Source: Gammaproteobacteria bacterium | GTDB lineage: Bacteria; Pseudomonadota; Gammaproteobacteria; Eutrophobiales; Eutrophobiaceae | Assembly: GCA_965221695.1 (NCBI GenBank) | Contig: OZ244905.1 | Coordinates: 2,432,001 to 2,496,000, forward strand | Length of the DNA: 64,000 nt | Direction: 5' to 3' | In this document: positions 60,287 through 64,000 of the stretch, piece by piece | Layout of the letters: every line of letters begins with the position of its first letter | Position numbering within the stretch: position 1 is the first letter of the stretch | The notes under the pieces: generated by a model | Told to the model about the DNA's origin: nothing | Seen by the model: the letters and a program-made list of their open reading frames with translations, nothing else | The model's database searches: none | Program-made: the position numbers and the translations under genes

Positions 60287-61150
60287 TCAGTCGAGGCGGT
60301 AGACGCGGCGCGCATTGTCCCGAAGGAACTTTCGCATTGCCTCCGGTTTCAACCCAAGACCCTCGATCTCCTGCCGGGTGCGTTTGAAATTGAGCACCGG
60401 AAAATCCGTTCCAAAGATTACCTTGTCCTGGCCGTAGCTGTTCAGGTAGTTAACGAAGCTCGGCGGCCAGTATTTCGGGCTGTGCGCGTCACCGCCGATG
60501 TACACGTTTTCGTGCTTCCACGCCATGGCGATCATCTCATCCGCCCAGGGAATGCCCACGTGAATGCCGACCAGCCTCAGCTCAGGGAAATCACAGGCCA
60601 CCGGGTCCAGCTTGATGGGCTGTCCCACGCTTTTGCAGCGAAACTCCTTTGAGTAGATCATGGACTGTCCGACCTGGATCTGTATCGGTATATCCAACTC
60701 GCAACATTTTGCATAAAACGGATAGTATTTCGCATGGTCCGGCGCCAGATCAAACCAGTGCGGGTAAAGGTGCGCGCCGATAAAACCCATATTTCGTACT
60801 GCGTTGTCCAATTCCCTGAGTCCGGCCATGCCCATGAACGGGTCGATGCCCAGCAGCCCGGAGAAGTGATCAGGATATTTGTTCACGGCTGCGGCCACGA
60901 TATCCGGCGGCAGGTGATAACATCCGGGCAAGCCGGGCCGTCCGGCTTTGGCGGCGATCAGGAACCCATGTTCGATGCCGGCCTCCTGCATCAGGTCTAT
61001 CATCTGTTCCAGCGACAGCCCCCGCATCAGACTTTGCTCGGCTCTCATCTTGCCGGCGAAGAATTCATCTCGCCAACCCGGGCGGTGCGATAACGCTTCC
61101 TCCGTCCAGATATTGACGACGGCATCAATGGCTTTGATGTTGTTTGACAT
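60287..61150 (-). CDS. Amidohydrolase_2 family protein
   Basis: YYPFYAKCCELDIP, DFPELRLVGIHVGIPW, KVIFGTDFP; N-terminal IDAVVN instead of HxH. Confidence 0.88.
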   Translation of the reverse strand: MSNNIKAIDAVVNIWTEEALSHRPGWRDEFFAGKMRAEQSLMRGLSLEQMIDLMQEAGIEHGFLIAAKAGRPGLPGCYHLPPDIVAAAVNKYPDHFSGLLGIDPFMGMAGLRELDNAVRNMGFIGAHLYPHWFDLAPDHAKYYPFYAKCCELDIPIQIQVGQSMIYSKEFRCKSVGQPIKLDPVACDFPELRLVGIHVGIPWADEMIAMAWKHENVYIGGDAHSPKYWPPSFVNYLNSYGQDKVIFGTDFPVLNFKRTRQEIEGLGLKPEAMRKFLRDNARRVYRLD

Positions 61151-61222
61151 GGGGCTTCCTCATCAGTTTATTATCATACCTGGTCTATCATGCCAGATTT
61201 ACCGTATGGCATGGCTATGATT

Positions 61223-62269
61223 TCACAACGATGCCGACTTGGATGCGGACTGGAACTCAGCTTTTCCCTGTTGCACCAGAGCATAAATCTGCCTGGCCTG
61301 TCCACCCGTCTCTTCAAGCAATCTCGGGTGGGTGGGCAACGCCCGCTCCCGCCATTGCGCTTGTTGTTCCGCATCCAACTCGTGCACGGTCACGGCCATT
61401 GCCGGCAGAGATATTTGGAAATAATTATCCAGCGCCGCGCGGATCAATGTCCGATTCACCTCGGCGCTTTCGATGCTGTCGAAAACAAGCCGCCGGAGTC
61501 GTTCGGGCAACCCGTCATACCAGTCCTTGTTGGCCAGGATGGGACCCATGTCAAACGCGTGCCGGGTGAGCATCAGGTGCGGCGCCGGCCTGGCAATCCC
61601 TGCGAGTGTATACATGCCCACGCCGGTCTGGCCGCTTTCGATCAGGTTGGTCTGCAACGCGGGGATCACCTCGGCAAAACTCAGGGGAATGAGGTCGGCG
61701 CCGATAGCCTCGGCGAAGTAGCGCGAACCCAGGGCGTTTGAGGATCTCATGGAAATGCCACGGGTTGCCGCCGGCGTCAACAGCGGTTTCTTGCCGTAGA
61801 TATAGAACCAGCCCACTTCCGACCATTGGATCAGTGTCAGTCCTTTTTCCGCAAACAGTTTTGCATACGCATCGGACAGGTAATGGTCCATCACGAACGC
61901 GGCTTCCTCGCGGGAATCAAACAGGTAGGGCGCCAACAGCACGTTCAGTTCCGGGATCAGTGTTGCGACCCCCTGTAACGCAAAACCACCGATCTGTATC
62001 CGGCCCCGGCGCAGGTTCGCGAGCGCCGTCTCTTCACTGCCCAACTCCCCGGAAATAAACAGGTCCAGGTCGATCTCCCCGGCGCTGTCGTTCTGTTCCA
62101 GTGTCGCCGCAAAGCGCAGCCAGAAATCATGCCAAGGCGTATCCGGTATGCCGAGCGAGGTGACCCGCACCTTCAGTTGCTTGTCCCCGCGCTCTGCGCA
62201 GCCGCCGATCTGGGTAATCATGACTGCCAGCAACAGAATTATCAGGCTGGCCCGTTGAAGTAATGGCAT
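61223..62269 (-). CDS. dctP: TRAP transporter substrate-binding protein
   Basis: GELGSE, PYLFDSRE, EVIPALQT; neighbours are dctQ/dctM. Confidence 0.85.
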   Translation of the reverse strand: MPLLQRASLIILLLAVMITQIGGCAERGDKQLKVRVTSLGIPDTPWHDFWLRFAATLEQNDSAGEIDLDLFISGELGSEETALANLRRGRIQIGGFALQGVATLIPELNVLLAPYLFDSREEAAFVMDHYLSDAYAKLFAEKGLTLIQWSEVGWFYIYGKKPLLTPAATRGISMRSSNALGSRYFAEAIGADLIPLSFAEVIPALQTNLIESGQTGVGMYTLAGIARPAPHLMLTRHAFDMGPILANKDWYDGLPERLRRLVFDSIESAEVNRTLIRAALDNYFQISLPAMAVTVHELDAEQQAQWRERALPTHPRLLEETGGQARQIYALVQQGKAEFQSASKSASL

Positions 62270-62298
62270 TCCGGTTATTGATGACAGTTAAATGTTTA

Positions 62299-62449
62299 GG
62301 AAACTCTGAACAAGTCCATCCTGGACTTGTCAGAGTACGGAAAACAAAAATGCGATTTTTGTTTTCCTCACAATATCAATGCCTTACAGTCATTGATATT
62401 GACGATACATCCTTGTATCGTAGGAACCTCTGACTTAATCAGAGGTTCC
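62299..62449. mobile_element. 151-bp MITE family A (inverted relative to the 20681 copy)
   Basis: GGAAACTCTGA...TCAGAGGTTCC flanked by TTTA on both sides. Confidence 0.85.
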
Positions 62450-62455
62450 TTTATT

Positions 62456-62465
62456 TGTTATATCA
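62456..62465. promoter_or_regulatory. Operator copy TGTTATATCA
   Basis: Between divergent dctP and dctQM. Confidence 0.6.
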
Positions 62466-62565
62466 TTAATAGAACTCGGTATAAACCTCCAAACCCTCAT
62501 GATCAGGGCGCTGCTCACCCCGTCGGCATGTAGCTATTGGCATAAACCAAGACATGCCTCCGTAC

Positions 62566-62655
62566 CACTCCCGTGCAAACGGGAGTCCAGTAGGACAGGG
62601 TGTCGCCCGCAGGGCGACTCTTCAGTCTATTGGATACCCGTTTGCACGGGAATGG
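62566..62655. repeat. Complete REP family D doublet
   Basis: CACTCCCGTGCAAACGGGAGTCCAG-GTCGCCCGCAGGGCGAC-TGGATACCCGTTTGCACGGGAATGG. Confidence 0.8.
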
Positions 62656-62690
62656 TACCGAGCACAGGTTATACAGGATAAATTACACAT

Positions 62691-63206
62691 ATGGCAGAAC
62701 GGTTTTTGCAACTCCTGGGGCGCATGGAGCGCATCGTCACCAGCGCCGCGTTTACGCTGCTGATTGCAGCTATTTTCCTTGACGTGTTCAGCCGGGAGCT
62801 CACCGGCGTGGGCTTGCACTGGGCGCGCCAGGCCGGGGTTTATGCGAACATTATCGTAGTAATGTTTGGTCTGGGCCTGGCCTCGGCAGGCGGCAACCAC
62901 CTGCGGCCGCGATTTGCCGATAATTGGCTGCCGGCGCGCTGGGCCCCCGTGATCATGCGCTTGCAGGATAGTTTGATGAGTGCGTTTTGCCTGTTCGCAG
63001 CCGGCGCCGGCGCGCAACTGACCTGGGAGTCTATGCAACTGGGCGAGCGCTCGACACTGCTCCCGATCCTCATCTGGCCGGTCCTGATGGCGCTCCCGCT
63101 GGCTTTTTTTCTGGTAGGCGTTCGCCATGCTGTTTATGCTGCTTATCCCGAGCTGGCGCCGCAGGATCCGTTGCGTATCGCCCCTGAGTCCTCATCCAAT
63201 GACTGA
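62691..63206 (+). CDS. dctQ: TRAP transporter small permease
   Basis: 4 TM segments, VFSRE, GNHLR; overlaps the dctM start. Confidence 0.85.
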   Translation: MAERFLQLLGRMERIVTSAAFTLLIAAIFLDVFSRELTGVGLHWARQAGVYANIIVVMFGLGLASAGGNHLRPRFADNWLPARWAPVIMRLQDSLMSAFCLFAAGAGAQLTWESMQLGERSTLLPILIWPVLMALPLAFFLVGVRHAVYAAYPELAPQDPLRIAPESSSND

Positions 63207-64000
63207 GACCCTGCTCCTGATCGTACTGCTCACGGCCCTCATTCTGCTGCGCCAGAATCTCGTGGTGGCGCTGGGCGTGGCCGCGTTCTATGTTTACTGG
63301 GTATTTGGCGATGAACCGTTGCGTTATGTGATACTGGATGCCTGGCACGCGCTGAACAAGGACATCCTGCTTTCCATCCCGCTGTTTCTTCTCGCTGGCC
63401 AGATCATGACGCGCGGTTCGATGGCAGAGCGGCTGGTGCGCCTGGTCAAAGCCGCCAGCGCGCCAATTCCGGGCGGTCTTGCCGTCGCCACAGTACTGTC
63501 CTGTGCGTTGTTTGCCGCGATTTCCGGCTCTTCCACAGTTACGCTGCTGGCGGTGGGCGGTATCATGTACCCGGCATTGCTGAAAGCGGGCTATTCCAAA
63601 GCTTTTTCGTTGGGCGCGCTGTGCGCTGCCGGCACGCTTGGGATCATTGTGCCGCCCAGCATTCCGCTGATCCTGTACGGCGTGATGACCCATACTTCCA
63701 TTACCGACCTGTTTATTGCCGGAATCCTGCCGGCGCTGGTCCTGACCGCATTGATGAGCGTTTATGCGCTCTGGTTCAACCGTAACATCCCTGCCGGCAA
63801 GCTGGACCTGCGTGAGTTATGGGAGGCATTGCAACAGGGTGTCTGGTCCTTGTTCATGCCCATCCTGATCCTGGGTGGGATCTACAGCGGCCATTTCACC
63901 GCGACTGAATCCGCCGCCGTGGCCGTGGTATACGCGTTTGTAGTGGAATTGTTCATTCATCGCGAACTGAAACCGGCAAGCGTTCATCTTGTGATCGAAG
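63199..64000 (+). CDS. dctM: TRAP transporter large permease (runs off the window)
   Basis: Not in the ORF track. Manual translation from ATG 63199 gives LLSIPLFLLAG, FAAISGSS, GTLGIIVPPSIPLILYG, FTATESAA. Confidence 0.93.
   Translation, partial: MTETLLLIVLLTALILLRQNLVVALGVAAFYVYWVFGDEPLRYVILDAWHALNKDILLSIPLFLLAGQIMTRGSMAERLVRLVKAASAPIPGGLAVATVLSCALFAAISGSSTVTLLAVGGIMYPALLKAGYSKAFSLGALCAAGTLGIIVPPSIPLILYGVMTHTSITDLFIAGILPALVLTALMSVYALWFNRNIPAGKLDLRELWEALQQGVWSLFMPILILGGIYSGHFTATESAAVAVVYAFVVELFIHRELKPASVHLVIE

Noticed and set aside
29083-62655. Recurrent palindromes as a CRISPR array
   Set aside because: Copies are dispersed, variable and not regularly spaced by unique spacers; no cas genes.
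258-63693. Many long antisense or alternate-frame ORFs in the track (e.g. 3457-4641, 5400-6377, 6384-7484, 17479-18903, 63070-63693)
   Set aside because: They are shadows of well-supported genes on the opposite strand in GC-rich DNA, with no motifs.

Overview
Bacterial window of moderate-to-high GC, probably from a heterotrophic marine-type Gammaproteobacterium (inferred from three TonB receptors, TRAP and liu genes). It is almost entirely catabolic and transport genes. (1) 1-10.9 kb: TetR regulator divergent from a TonB receptor and a TTQ amine dehydrogenase large/small pair that lacks its usual maturation genes, then liuABCD. (2) 10.9-24.1 kb: MFS, a hydantoinase/oxoprolinase A/B pair with an acetone-carboxylase-gamma-like fusion, maeB, an AT-rich ATPase + DUF3226 insert, a class-V PLP enzyme and an NSS transporter. 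(3) 24.2-64 kb: a large uncharacterised uptake and catabolic system. It includes two TonB receptors, an exported CpcT/CpeT bilin-lyase homologue, DUF1838, DUF3598, two DUF4437-like cupins, three VOC proteins, flavin oxidases, an ene-reductase, two double alpha/beta hydrolases without a nucleophile, an aldehyde dehydrogenase, a nitrilase-fold protein with an altered triad, an acyl-CoA ligase, an amidohydrolase and TRAP. Several of its operons share a TGWTATAWCA palindrome, and my best hypothesis is bilin/tetrapyrrole catabolism. An AT-rich islet at 46.8-51.2 kb (TA pair, FGE-domain possible DGR target, orphans) interrupts it. Two MITE families and REP-like hairpins fill the intergenic space. 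No rRNA, tRNA, CRISPR array, integrase or transposase was seen. All family assignments are by motif recognition, not database searches.
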